A stretch of DNA of 63,221 nucleotides, counting the filler, from Craspedostauros australis (lineage: Eukaryota), in the NCBI GenBank assembly GCA_030167865.1. It is 10 parts of 10 records of this genome, joined end to end, with 100 filler letters (N's around TTAATTAATTAA, not from the genome) between each part and the next. Parts side by side here need not be neighbours in the genome. Positions count along the whole stretch, not along the records: positions 34,002 to 37,345 come from JALAGF010006722.1; positions 37,446 to 40,718 come from JALAGF010006723.1; positions 40,819 to 44,619 come from JALAGF010006724.1; positions 44,720 to 48,784 come from JALAGF010006725.1; 6 more parts are not named here. The stretch is one strand, 5' to 3'. Below the pieces are notes generated by a model, which saw only the letters and a list, made by a program, of their open reading frames with translations, was not told the DNA's origin and did no database searches. Below are positions 34,002 through 47,700 of the stretch, piece after piece. Made by a program: the position numbers and the translations under genes. Position 1 is the first letter of the stretch. The number at the start of each line of letters is the position of its first letter.

Positions 34002-37000
34002 GAGTCACTCTCTCTCTGGATGCCTTGTCCCGGCGTCCCTGGTGTACCGTATCGTTGCAGCTTCATCACGTCGTCCTTGAAAGTGTTGACGATGTTGTTG
34101 ATGATGTGCGGTTGGTTCACCCAGCAATTGGTCTCGTTGTGGTTGAAGTTGATCTTACAACTGAGGTAGTCTTCGAGATCTTCTTCCACCTTGATACCGA
34201 ATCGCTTTGCCTTGATGTCCCCCACNAGGTCCTTCAGCTCCTGTTCATCCCCGATGCACAGGCAGTCGTNGACGTAGGTTCCGATCAGTANCANTCTCCC
34301 TTCCTGATTCCGAATCAGGAGGCATGGATCCACCTTGCTCTGTCTGAATCCCATTTCAATCAGGATGTCGACCAGCTTCTTGTTCCATTGCCTGGCGCTC
34401 TGCACGAGCCCATAGATCGTCTTCTTGAGCAATAAGCATTCATTGGCTTCATGCCTCATGCCTTTCGGGCATTGCATGTAGATCTCCTCTTCGAGATCCC
34501 CATGCAAGAACGCTGTCTCGAAGTCGATGATGATGCAGTCCATTCGAAGAAGCATCTTCATGGTTAGCATCACTCGGTAGGTAGCGTCGTGGATCACCGG
34601 TGCATGATGCGCTGAGTAGTCGACTCCTGCAATCTGGGAGTACCCACATGCAACCAGTCGGGCGCGGAATACGCCATTCCTCTTCTCCTTGAACACCCAC
34701 TTGGTCTTCACGCATCGTCGGTCGTCTGGCATCTCGCTCTTTTTGATCTTCTGCCATACTCCTCTTCTGGCCATGTCGGTGAATTCCTTGTTGATAGCAC
34801 CACGCCACTTCTCTCTCTTCTCAGGATCAGCATGATCCCAGCACTCCTCGAACGTCGTTGGATCCAACATCACAGCCGTATTGGCTTGTTCGGACCACTC
34901 ACCATTCCGTTCGTTCTCAACATCTTGACTCGCAGCGATGAAGTCGATAAGTCTCATCCTCCCTTGGGTAGTATCGATCATCATGCTGGCGACGTCTCTG
35001 TTGAACATCGACCCATCTGTGTGGAAGTTGGGTCCTCCAGTAGCCGCGGGGACTATCATCGTCTCCTGCGCAGTGTCATAGCCATCCTCATCTCCTGATG
35101 CTGATGCTTCGCCTGCCTCCGATTCCGAATCTGATTCTGATTCTTGTTCCCTCTCCTCTTGGGGAATCGGTGAGTTGTTGTAGCCTGCCAGGCCACTCAC
35201 CATCCTTGGTACGCGCGCCAATGGTCTCACGGGAGTGCGAGCAGTCGATTGCTCAATAACCGAATCGATCCGCCCCGCACGGTCATTGTCCCTTCCGGAT
35301 TCATCGCCCTCATCATTGTACGATGGTTCTTCCCCTTGGGTAGGTAGCAAGTCATCTTGCTCGTGAGCGGTGTCATCTGTGTTTCCTTGTGTGTGTCCGG
35401 CTCTTCCGCTCCTCTCTGCGACGCCGATCTTCGCGTTCCTCGCGATATTCGAGCTTCGCCCCCAAGTCACTCTCTTTCTTTGGATTGCATCTCCAGTCTC
35501 AGAGTCGTCGTCATCCAGATCATATATCACCGATCTGTTGGCATTCTCAACACCCTTGAATTGCCCATATGACTGGTTCATCCATGTCACGTCTCGCGTG
35601 ATTAGGATCCTTGCCGTTGCGAGGTTCATCATTCGGTATACACCGCTCGCATGTGANNNNNNNNNNNNNNNNNNNNNNNNNNNNNNNNNNNNNNNNNNNN
35701 NNNNNNNNNNNNNNNNNNNNNNNNNNNNNNNNNNNNNNNNNNNNNNNNNNAACAAACGCAGTCCGTCCACGTATGTGGGTGTCTGCCCATTGAATAGTAC
35801 GCAAGCCGGTTCTCTCGACTTCGTTCCAATGATGTTCTCGAGTTGCGTTGCTGTTCTTGCTGCTTCGGCCCATAGCTTTCCTCGTAGATGCTTTGGTAGG
35901 TGGGTCTGATTGAGCATCGCCCTGACCTTTCCGTATAGCACAGCGAATTTCCGTTCCACGCGACCATTCTGCTGTGGAGTTGAAGCTGCCGTGTATTCGA
36001 ACGTCGGGCCGAATCCCTCCTCGAGTAGCTGCGCCTCTGCGCTGTAGTTCTCTCCTGCGTTGTCACATCTGATATTCTTGACAGTCACGTTCTGATTCGC
36101 CTTGAGCCATCTCAAGAGCGACATCATCTTCGATCCCACTTCNNNNNNNNNNNNNNNNNNNNNNNNNNNNNNNNNNNNNNNNNNNNNNNNNNNNNNNNNN
36201 NNNNNNNNNNNNNNNNNNNNNNNNCTGTACGTCTGGACACTGGAGGTATCCATGAACAGCCGTTCGCCAACTCTGCTCGCCTTCGCCTGTGACATTTTCG
36301 ACAAACATTTTTGTCGAGATTTGCCGATAGCACAGTCCTCACATGGATTCATTCGTCCTATGACATTCCATCCGTATCGCNNNNNNNNNNNNNNNNNNNN
36401 NNNNNNNNNNNNNNNNNNNNNNNNNNNNNNNNNNNNNNNNNNNNNNNNNNNNNNNNNNNNNNNNNNNNNNNNNNNNNNNNNATTGATGTCGACCGCCTTG
36501 CCGGTGGACACACCAATGTTTGCCATCTCATGTTCGGCTGGGACCGCCACCATGTTCACGCCGGAGACGAATCCACTGTGAGTCGCCATGATGCGGTCGA
36601 AACGGATGCGCAATCCGTTCTTCTCGAGAGCCATCACCACACCCTTGTTGCTGATGTCGAATCCGCTTTCGAGTGCCTTCGTGATGCTCAGGAGGTTGAC
36701 CCAAAGCTTGGGGACGAACTTCACCGCCTTGAGGATGATGATGACTTCCGAGCCATCCTTCTGCATCACTTTCATGCGTTTGTCGCCCACCTTCGTTGCT
36801 TTGAGGTAGCGCCCGCTTCCCACTTTCACTGCGAAGCTCGCGAGGCGCAAGTTGGTCATGCCCTCGTCGCTGTTGGTGAGATGGCACGATGCCCCCGAGT
36901 CGCCAAGCCAGGTGTTTGCCTCGTGGCGATCTGGCGCGATGGTCTTCTTGCGTTCGCCGGCGTCGTACATGTCACCGATCACCATGGCTAGTTCATGCGC

Positions 37001-37345
37001 ATGGTTGTACCCGTAGACAGGCAACTCGTCGAACATGTGTCCGTCGCGTACGCCGTTGTCCGATGGATGGTGAATCCAGAGCAGGCGATCCGCGGCCATG
37101 GCGCTCATACGCGAGATCAGGTTCTTCGGGAGTGGCGGGAGACGATTCTCCTCAAGCAGATCGTTGATGTCGATTGCCTTACTCGCCACGTCGTATGCTC
37201 CGATCACGCCGATGGTCATCAGCATGAAGTACACACTCCGCACTTCCATGCGGTTCTCGTTGATGCCTTGGTATGCCTCCATCGCGTCATAGCAGATGAG
37301 CGAGAGGTCGGAACGAACATCGTTCGCAGGCATCACGTTGGACAG
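34002..37345 (-). mobile_element. Ty1/copia pol (protease-integrase-RT), family A relative; frame open across the gaps
   Basis: WLGDSGASCH, CEDCAIGK, FMDTS, IRCDNAGEN, TPQQNGRVER, DFETAFLHG, TYVxDCL. PR-IN-RT order is diagnostic of copia. Confidence 0.95.
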
Positions 37346-37445
37346 NNNNNNNNNNNNNNNNNNNNNNNNNNNNNNNNNNNNNNNNNNNNTTAATTAATTA
37401 ANNNNNNNNNNNNNNNNNNNNNNNNNNNNNNNNNNNNNNNNNNNN

Positions 37446-38800
37446 TACTTCTTGACACGATCGGTCTTGTTGCCGAATCTCGCGCGCTTGTTGGACTTGC
37501 GCTGAGCTTGTTGCTCTTGGGTTTTGGCGTACTCGGTGGGCTTAGCGCGTTTGAGCGCAGCCTCACCCATGAGCTCTCCGGTGCTGCGGAAGTGGCGTGA
37601 AGACTCCACCACGAGCACTTGTGCTGCGGNNNNNNNNNNNNNNNNNNNNNNNNNNNNNNNNNNNNNNNNNNNNNNNNNNNNNNNNNNNNNNNNNNNNNNN
37701 NNNNNNNNNNNNNNNNNNNNNNNNNNNNNNNNNNNNNNNNNNNNNNNNNNNNNNNNNNNNNNNNNNNNNNNNNNNNNNNNNNNNNNNNNNNNNNNNNNNN
37801 NNNNNNNNNNNNNNNNNNGGACCCAGGAGAAGGACTCCTTGGTCTGCTGTAGGCTTGTGATCACGCTGGCAAATCGCTCGTCGCGGATGCTGCGGAAAAA
37901 CCTTGCGATCTTCTCTTGATCGTTCATTGGCTTGCCATTGTCCTCGATTGCATGGAGGGACATCGAGAAGTCGTTGACAAAAGTCCCAAAGGAACCATTG
38001 CCAGAGTATATGAGCTTGGAGAGTCTTGCCTCCTCCTCTGCCACGATGCCGGCCTGATTCTTGGCGGACTCGTAGATGCGAATGAGAGATTGGAAGGCGG
38101 CGTGGCNGCTGGGTTCCTCTGCTGTGACAATGTACTGCGCGTCTCCCTTGCAGGTTTTGGAGCGGAGCACTGCGTAGAACTGAGCGTCCACTGATGCGCG
38201 GTAGTGCGGTGGTTTCTCTTGCAGCATGTAGTCCGCGAATTTGGAGGTGACCAGCTGCCGCATGAAGTCCGTCTTCCATTGGTACCACTCAATGTTGAGA
38301 CTGTTGAATGTCTCAGTCTCCGGCATGGTGATCTTATTGTATTTCCATCCGGTTGGCGTCAATGGTGATCGACCGAGTTCCTGCTGGCGCCGTGGCGAAT
38401 GTACCACGACCTCACAGCTTGCAGCCTCAGTGAGTTCGCGGCTTGCTGCCTTCATATCCGCCTCCAATTGGAGCTGGATGGCTTTGAGCGCGACGGGAGT
38501 CTTGATGGAGGGCACTGTGTACCCAGAGGACTTGATGAACTTGTCGATTGCGTCCCAGTCGGTAGCTTGATCAACCTGGCGCTCCTTGGCGAAGGTGAAG
38601 ATGCGGAGGATGTTCTCAATGTTGATTGAGGTGAGTGTTGGCGAAAGAGACAGCACCTGGATGATGTTCTTCTCCGGACTCTGGATGGCGCGTTCGATCC
38701 TGCCAAGCTTCTTGCGGATGAACTCCATGTCATCGTCTTCAAGCTCAACAAGCTCCTTGATGACGGTCGTCCAGGTACGGTTGTTGATTGGTCTTGCCAT
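37446..38800 (-). CDS. CoDi-type copia gag
   Basis: ATG at 38800 (MARPINN). WYQWKTDF...QFYAVLRSKTCKGDAQYIV...HAAFQSLIRIYE parallels the gag core at ~2900-3200. Confidence 0.7.
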
Positions 38801-39125
38801 GGTGGTTGGTATTGTAACGTGATAAGCTTGATGATAGATCACGACTCTTAATCTGTCAAAGTGCACAAGTAACTACTGTAGACGTATTGGCCTGTTGTTG
38901 CGTGCCCTGGTCGGAGCTCTTGTTCTTTATTTGTGAGTTGTCCGAAGACAAACCCCCGACCAGTATTTGTGACTAATATGATTAGTAAAGAGGTAAGAAG
39001 GTACAGAGAAAGTTGTCAGTTGCCATCGTCACCATCGCCGAACTCTTGCATGAAATTTGTGGCCACGTTGCCAAGATTGTATGCAGGATTGATTCGTCTG
39101 ACCGTCTGTCCAAACCGTAGACGCG

Positions 39126-39209
39126 TGTAAGACCCGCTGCAGCGAAAATGTTACGCCCAAGTTGGCGTCGCATCTGCGATCCTGCTATAACCTTTATGAG
39201 GTCTTAACA
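39126..39209 (-). mobile_element. Possible very short LTR, or the inner part of a longer LTR, upstream of gag
   Basis: Bounded by the inverted termini TGTAAGACC / GGTCTTAACA, ~330 bp upstream of the gag ATG. Confidence 0.4.
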
Positions 39210-39951
39210 TATACTTGATGTAGATATATATAGAAGAACTACATTCTGAAACCGTATATTGGATGGGTTAGGAGGTCATGAAGGTACCTATTCTGTCGTG
39301 TTGTATCGTGCATTAGATTCAGTTTTTGGGATGCGACACGGATGCGACTCATCACTGACCCCAAATTGGATGTTGGCGAGCAGCGAAAATGTTCTTTTTT
39401 CCTCTCTCAGACGGACTCACAGCAAGGCGCTCAAAGCTGAACTCAGACGTGCCTACAGTCGTGCGAACGGGCACACATTTCGGCTGTTTTTGGCCCCAAT
39501 TGATTGCACGCAGTTTCTCGCGGTGGACTTGGAACAACAGGTGAGGAGAAAAACTGCATCAGAATGCGATGGTACGTACGTGCACTGCGCTGTACGTACG
39601 ACATTAGGATGGGATGAAGGTGCAGAGCTATCAGCATATTCTACCAGGTATAGTGGGATGTTACTTTTGCTTTTGCTGATGCTGCTAGTACTTCGTGAGC
39701 GCAGGAACTGTGATCACTGGCGGGTTCGTCGCACCATGATCTCGCGCGTTCCACGTGTGGTCTCTCATGTCATACAAGGGGCACGAGACTCTGTGACAAG
39801 ACAGGTGCAGGTGGATAAGGGCCCGTTCTACAAAATAAAGTCAGCTGGCGACTACGGCACATTCCTGATGTACGCTGCTGTGCTCTTCTCGAGTTGCTGA
39901 GTTGCCGAGTCGCCGCGCGTTGCGCCTCTCAGACAGGATTTCGGTGTCTCG

Positions 39952-40557
39952 TTGTTGTTGTGGAAGTTTGTGAGTTCATTTTGCTCTTTCCTGGATCATG
40001 TTTCATTCCTTTTCCTGGTTTTGTTCCATGTCGCAATCAAAGAATCGCTCTGTTCTACTTCTGATTTCGGTGGACAGACAGACGTGAGATGTGGTGTTTT
40101 GGTAGAAACATGCGTGGAACAAAACCAAATCAGATACTGCGGTCGCGAATTCTGGACTGCTTTGTGCCTGTTGATACACATTCCCAGAAGAATCGGTTCT
40201 GGTGCGCCACAAAACTGCGGAGTGGCNNNNNNNNNNNNNNNNNNNNNNNNNNNNNNNNNNNNNNNNNNNNNNNNNNTTGTTGTTGTTGTTGTGGAAGTTT
40301 GTGAGTTCATTTTGCTCTTTCCTGGATCATGTTTCATTCCTTTTCCTGGTTCTTTTCCATGTCGCACCCAAAGAATCGCTCTGTACTTTTTCAAATGTCG
40401 GTGGACAGACAGACGTGAGATGTGGTGTTTTGTTAGAAACATGCGTGGAACAAAACCAAATCAGATACTGCGCTCGCGAATTNNNNNNNNNNNNNNNNNN
40501 NNNNNNNNNNNNNNNNNNNNNNNNNNNNNNNNNNNNGCCACAAAACTGCGGAGTGGC
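39952..40557. repeat. Diverged direct duplication of a ~275-330-bp unit
   Basis: TTGTTGTGGAAGTTTGTGAG...GCCACAAAACTGCGGAGTGGC occurs twice, with several substitutions between copies. Confidence 0.75.
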
Positions 40558-40818
40558 TCTGCGAGAACAGAATGATGTACCGCACTGAACACAAGAAGGG
40601 GAGTACAGCAGGAGATCATATAATACATCTGTGTTTTTATTGTACATGCCCACATTTGTATTATTCGCCCATCGGAGGCTGATGAGGTTAGATCTTGTGA
40701 TGGATCGGCTGACTTCCGNNNNNNNNNNNNNNNNNNNNNNNNNNNNNNNNNNNNNNNNNNNNTTAATTAATTAANNNNNNNNNNNNNNNNNNNNNNNNNN
40801 NNNNNNNNNNNNNNNNNN

Positions 40819-42200
40819 TGTTGCCACTGGAGCAGTCATTGTCTCCTGTGTAGTTGCGTAGCCATCGTCATCTCCTGATTCTGATGCTTCGTTCGTCACC
40901 CTTGTTGGGCATTGGTATATTGTGGTCAGCTGCCAGCTCTGTTGTGGTGTTGCCTTGCAACCACGTTGTCGATCGCCTTCATCCTCTTCTGGATAGCATC
41001 GATTCATCATGCTGCAGCTTCTTCGTCATGGGAGTTGTTGGTGGCCTCCTNNNNNNNNNNNNNNNNNNNNNNNNNNNNNNNNNNNNNNNNNNNNNNNNNN
41101 NNNNNNNNNNNNNNNNNNNNNNNNNNNNNNNNNNNNNNNNNNNNNNNNNNNNNNNNNNNCTCACTGTATCTGGAATCCGCCGTTCATGGCTCGCGCTCTC
41201 ATAGCTGTATCCTTTCCAGATTCGAGTCTCTCTCTCATCAATCTCATTCTCATCGCACATCGATCTCATATCTGTGCTCGTAGTATCTCGCCAATCATTC
41301 GGCATCCGGTTCTTCTTGATCATCTGCCATACTCATGCCATGGCTATATCACTGAACCGTACCATCATGGCCTCCCGCCATTCATTGCTCTTCTTGGGAT
41401 CCACATGACCCCGTCATTCGTCAATTGTGGTTGGATCCAGCATCATTGCGACATTTGGTTGCTCGGATCCCTCTTTGTTCTGTATGTAGTTCAATGCTTG
41501 ATTCGCAGCGATGAAGTCACCCAGGCTCATCTTCTCATGAGTGGTGCCAATCATCAAGCCTGCGATATCTCTGTTGAATGTTGACCCTTCTGTGTGAATG
41601 TTGGGTCCTCCTGTCGCCGGTAGTGTGGTAGTCATCTTTCGAGTGGTCTCATACCCCTCATCATTCTCTGATTCTGATTCTCCACCTGATCTAAGTTCTC
41701 GCTCCTCCTTCGGATGGGTGTATTGTTGTATCCCACGAGAGCACTCAGCATCCTTGGCATGTGCATGACAGGTTCTGCGATTGGGACTGTGTTTGGTGCG
41801 TCCTCGACCAAGTCGTCTCGTCCCGTCTCATCGTCCCTTCCGGATTCATCGTCGTCGTCATCGTCCGATGGTTCATCCCCTTGGGTAGGGAGCAAGTCAT
41901 CTTGCCCTCGAGCAGCGTCTTCTGTATCTGTATCGTCTCCGGCTCTTCTGCTCTCATCAGCGTCGTCGGTCTCCATGCTTCGGATGGTATCCGCACGTCG
42001 CTCCCAAGTTTTCGTCTATCTGGGGAAATCATCCCCGATATCGAGTCGTCATCTCCCAGGTCTGTCAGTACTGACCTGCTGGCATTCTCAATACTCTCGA
42101 ATTGCCCTCATGACGTATCCATCCATGTCACGTTCATCGTGAGTAGGGTCCTGGTCATCACCAGGTTCACTCGTGCGGTCCACACCGCTTGCATGCGACT
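40819..42200 (-). pseudogene. Scrambled, degenerate copia family-A linker/RT fragments
   Basis: GGPNIHTEGSTFNRDIAGLMI...MLDPTT, DDESGRD and HASGV match 34850-35655. Confidence 0.8.
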
Positions 42201-44719
42201 CCTGTGTCCAATCAGCGTCTGTTGGATCGGAAGTGAAGTTGCTGTTCTCCAGCATGTTGTTGATTGCGTTCACATTGCGAGCCACGTCGAGTGCGCTCCG
42301 CACGCCAATCTCATGCATCATGTAGTGCTTATGCATCATGTAGTGCAACCCGCANNNNNNNNNNNNNNNNNNNNNNNNNNNNNNNNNNNNNNNNNNNNNN
42401 NNNNNNNNNNNNNNNGCTCAACGAGTATCGAGCCAAGAGGCAGATCGGACCTGCATCCATATGCAGTCCTCTGTGCTCCTCATCACTCGTTTCGCCTTCG
42501 TTGTAGTTGGCGTTGCCTTCGTCCTCTTCATTCTCGGATGAAAAGGGTCCTCTGTTGATCAACTCCATCGTGATCGTTCGTAGGCTCGTAGTAGCCATAC
42601 ACTCCTGGAGTGTACTCGGCTATGTCCTTCCTGGTCCACTCGTAGTCATTGACTGGTGTTCCGCTGTTGAAGTCGGAAACCCCATCATTGTTGATTGTTA
42701 TAAGTGCCATGTTGTTCGTGATCGCGTTGTCGTCGCGCATCATCGTGTAGTTTCACATGGTCACATTTTGGTCGTTGTTCGCGATTTCGGTGATGGCCAC
42801 GAATTTCGTGTTGGTCACATTTTTGGTGCCGACCACATTTTCGTTGATGGGCATGGACATCGGCTCGTCGTTTGCGATGAGAGCGATGTCATCCATCCCG
42901 TCCATCCTGTCTGTCGCGACCTTGGCCGACCCGGCTTCCTTCCTCTCACTCTCTTACTGCCATTGCCTCGTGCGCACTCATAACCGTGTTTGATACGGTG
43001 GCGGTCGTAGATGAGGTTCATGGCTTCGTAGAGGTCTTGAATCATCGTCTTCTCCGATGGCNAGGACACCTCTTGTTCCTCGTCTTTCGTATTGAGCCTG
43101 GGATCGAAGCGCGGAAGGACCTCCCGTCCAGCTTGTTCCAGCGCTTTCCCTTCTCGTCGAAGCACGCACTTCCTGTGTTGCTGTTCTTGTTGTTGTTGCC
43201 AATTCTTGGCCTGGTAGGTTGCATCCTTACCATCTCGATCATCTCACAGTAGGGATCGCAGCCAGCACTCGAGCATGTATCACTCGATGGCAGTCGGTGC
43301 CGCATGATCATCTCGATGCTTTCCATTGCTGCTTCTCGCACTACTCTTGATGTGATCGCGATCATGGGCCATGCCCATTCCTGCGTAGATCTTGATCTCT
43401 TTTCATCTTATCATCCCTGCTTGCATGCTCATGCTCGATTGAGTCGCGCGTGCCATGTGCACAGACGCGCAGCATCAGCGACCTCGTTCGCTCCTCATCC
43501 ATCTCGGCTTCCATATCGACCGAGCGCTGATGAGGCAGCTCCATTCTTGCAGGGTAGGTGGGAAGCTCTCNNNNNNNNNNNNNNNNNNNNNNNNNNNNNN
43601 NNNNNNNNNNNNNNNNNNNNNNNNNNNNNNNNNNNNNNNNNNNNNNNNNNNNNNNNNNNNNNNNNNNNNNNNNNNNNNNNNNNNNNNNNNNNNNNNNNNN
43701 NNNNNNNTGTCAGGAATCGAGGGTGCGACTATGTCGTATTATCCTAGATTGCCGCACCTCCCATAATACCAAAAATAGACTGACCGATCTAACAAAGTCG
43801 GACACGCTCCCAAGTCTATTGTGGACCTCCTCCTCTGTGTGTCAAGAGTATGACGGACGACGGACAGACTAATCGTGAGACATGGCTTGAGTGGATTGAC
43901 GAACTGGTATGGCGAACGATGGATGTAAAAGGGAGACTGGAACACCGAAGTGTTCCAAGCATGAGGGTTGACCGGTTAACCTGAAACATCTATGCGAATG
44001 CGCTATCACGGTTGAGTCGCTCGGAACCCAGAACTTGATTACGTGACTGACAGAGAACCAACGAAGGAGAACAAAGCGCGGACTGGAACAGCATCGAAGG
44101 ACTGCACTGATCGTGCCAGAACTCCATGTTCTGAGCAAGTGTGAATGTTGGTGGACATGTGAGAAGAATGAATGAACAACACGAAAGAGTGCACTGAATG
44201 AGTGACGGATGTCTGATGAGAAGAGAGTGAATCGAGCATCGGCATGCATGCGCCTCAGGAGTGTAGACTGATCTCCCAACAGTTGAGCATGATGAAATGC
44301 ACTTGTCATGAGCAATGAAATGGACATGACGGAGAGAGATTGCAATGGTGATCATGAGGGGCAACTACAGGAGGCCATCAGCATCATCATGGGCAAACGA
44401 GTTGACGATTTGAGAAATGAGTGTGTTGTTCTCACAGTTCTAAGACGGTACAGTTTAATAAGCATTAGACTATATCTATAACCCCGGATTTCCAACAGAC
44501 CATGGACAGTTCTTCCAATGCGCGTGTTCCGAGCACCTCCTTGCTTCCAGCAATACATGTAGTGTCTGTACTTGCCTCAGCTGCGGTCTCCACTCTGCTG
44601 GTGGACTCGCGGTGGTGCTNNNNNNNNNNNNNNNNNNNNNNNNNNNNNNNNNNNNNNNNNNNNTTAATTAATTAANNNNNNNNNNNNNNNNNNNNNNNNN
44701 NNNNNNNNNNNNNNNNNNN

Positions 44720-47700
44720 AGGAGGACTACAATGCCTGGGAGTCCCAAGCGAAGGCGTACATGCGTGCGCAGAGAACAAGAGATGTGATGTTGGGGAAGA
44801 CGAAGATCCCAACCAAGAGCGAAATCGGAGCTGCCACAGAAACAGACAAGGAAGTATTGGAGGAGACCTACGAGCTGGCAGCCGACTGCTTCAGCGATCT
44901 GATCCTCATGATGGATGCAGAGAAGGGTACAGGCAAGCAAGCCATCCAATACAACAACCAATGCATCTCCGACATATTCCCTGAGGGGAACCCACACGAG
45001 GTGTGGAAACCTCTCACGGAGAAGTACAAGCCATCCGACGCCGCCACCAAGCTCAAGCTCAAGAGGCAGTTCAACAACGAGAAGATGAAGAAGGACACTG
45101 ATTCAGATGTCTACATCACATGGCTCAAGCTACTGCACTCCTGCCTTCAAGACATCGGGCACGAGATCAGCAACAAGGAAATGATCATGCAGATCCTCAG
45201 CACAGTGAGTGCCAAGTACAAAGCTCAAGTCATCAACTTCGAACATCAACTCACATTCAGCCCAACTGTTGTCACAGTCAACACAATCAGAGCACTACTT
45301 CGCACAGCATACACAACCAACCAAGGAGGGAAGGCCTACATCAACGAATTTCAAGACAGCAGCATGAAGACTAACAACGCTGGCTTCACGAGCACCAGCA
45401 ACTTCAAGGGAATCTGCCACAACTGTGGTGTGTATGGTCATCGATCTGCGAATTGTCCCGAACGGAAGAAGGCAAACAACAAGAAAAACGCCAACAACAA
45501 CAGAAAGAACGGAAACCGAAACAATAAAGGCAAGGGAAGCAGATTCAACGGAAAGTGCCACTACTGCGGCATCATCGGACATCGCGAGGTAGAGTGCCGA
45601 AAGAAGAAGTTCAACAAAAAGAAGAAGGCCAACAAGCAGGCCAACACAGCGAAGGAAAGACATGAGAAGAGCGGCCATGAGATGATGCTCTCTATTCTGG
45701 ACATGATGCTCTGCTTGGAGGTATCCGACGACATCAAGGATTCATTCTTCGATCACTTCCAACACTTCGAAAACGATGACGAAGTACACGACGACGAGGT
45801 CGTGCCAGCGTGGCTCAGCGACGAGCCAATCATCCATGAAGTCGACCGACGTCGCGAAGTCAGTTAAAAGTACTGCTTCAATGTGAACAACATCATTGAT
45901 CTGTCCGGCGACGCAGCTGAGATGGGAGCAGAGACCATCGCCATCGAGTTGGAAGCGGCCGCGAACGCAGACGATGCCGACACCAACAAGAACAGCGCGG
46001 ATCAAGACAACAAAGACGTCTCTGGCGACAAGACAAACGGCGGTGAGGCGCCTCCTCCTCCAGTGGCAAGGAACAACAGAATGGGTATCTTCCACAAAGA
46101 CAGCAGCGATGAATCAGAACAAGAAGTGGACAGATTCAATCCAAACAAGAGAGTCATCTATCCAACAGACATCTCGTTCCCACCAGTCCAGNNNNNNNNN
46201 NNNNNNNNNNNNNNNNNNNNNNNNNNNNNNNNNNNNNNNNNACAGGCATGATACGATCCCATATCCTACATTGACAGTAGAGACAATGCAACGACAGCTC
46301 ATCCACGACGCCGTGATGGTAGCAGACATGCGTCTCTTCCCAGGGATGATCAACGGGGGACTGCAACATGTATGGGTGCGCGTGATTGGCACCATACTGT
46401 CCGACAATTTCCGATCAATCGAAGAGATTCTCGCCAACACAGTGATGCTCAACCGGCTGTTGGAGGAAAGACNAGCTCATTCCAGAGACGGAATTGCACT
46501 ACGTCCTTGGAGGATGTATGCAGGTACTCCTGCGCGAGCGACCACAAGTCACGCCATACGATTCGGTGACAGGAACTCACCGAGAAGACATGACTCCAGC
46601 AGTCGGAGAACCATACTATGACGGCATGGACTACCACAGGATGGACGACGGGAACAAAGAAGATCACGACAACGACATGGCAGCAGCTGCCATGGAACAG
46701 CTTCACGAGCTGAGCACCAAATACAAGGACAAGGTCAACGAGAATACCTGGCTTGCCGACAGCAGAGCCTTGTGTCACATCATGAACTCAGACGCCGGCC
46801 TCTTCAACGTGCGGCACATCAAGTCCTTCGTCCAAGTGGGAGACAGCACGAAGCTGGACTCTCCCAAGATTGGATCCATCCGCTTGAAGGTCAAGCAACA
46901 TGACAACACTTGCCACATTATCCAGCTCAATAATGTGAAGTACACACTCAAGATGGTGGTGAACCTTTTCTCTACAAACAAGGCACTATACAACAGTTAC
47001 CAGATTGGAAACAATGGCATTCTGATGGACATTGTCAACAGAGCTGGGAAGAAGATCATCTTCAATCGCATCTTCCCACCATCTAACAGATTCATCACAG
47101 GAGTGCAGATGCATCCCATCATGCCAACTGAGGATGACAAGGCTTCCACAGCCATCATCAAGAGCCCATCCAAGGAGGTGAGCGCAGTGAACTTGCATCG
47201 AATGCTCCGCCACGCACCGCTTGAGACCATGAAGCAGACAGCCGCTCAATACGAATGGAAGATCATCGGCGAGATGCTGGTGTGTCGCGACTGTGCTGTC
47301 GCAAATGCGAGAGTGAAGAACATCTCAAAGACTAGAATCCCAAGAGCGACTTGCCGTGGCGAACGCCTCTTCATCGATATCAGTTACACTAAACACATAG
47401 GCTTCGGAGATAAACGCTACTGGACCTTGATCGTGGACGGCTTCACGGACTACTGCTGGAGCTTCTTTCTGAAGAACAAGAGGGACCAACCAGGGTATCA
47501 AACGATTCGTGCAGACAATCAAGTCACACACAGGTGATCAACAAATCATTTTCCAAGGCGATAACAGCGGAGAGAACAAATCCACGCAGGATACTCTCAT
47601 CGATGCAGGACTGAATGCGAAATTCGAGTTCATGGCGTCCAACACGCCACAGCGGAATGGCAGAGTAGAACGCAAGTTTGCGTATCTCTACACTAAGATC

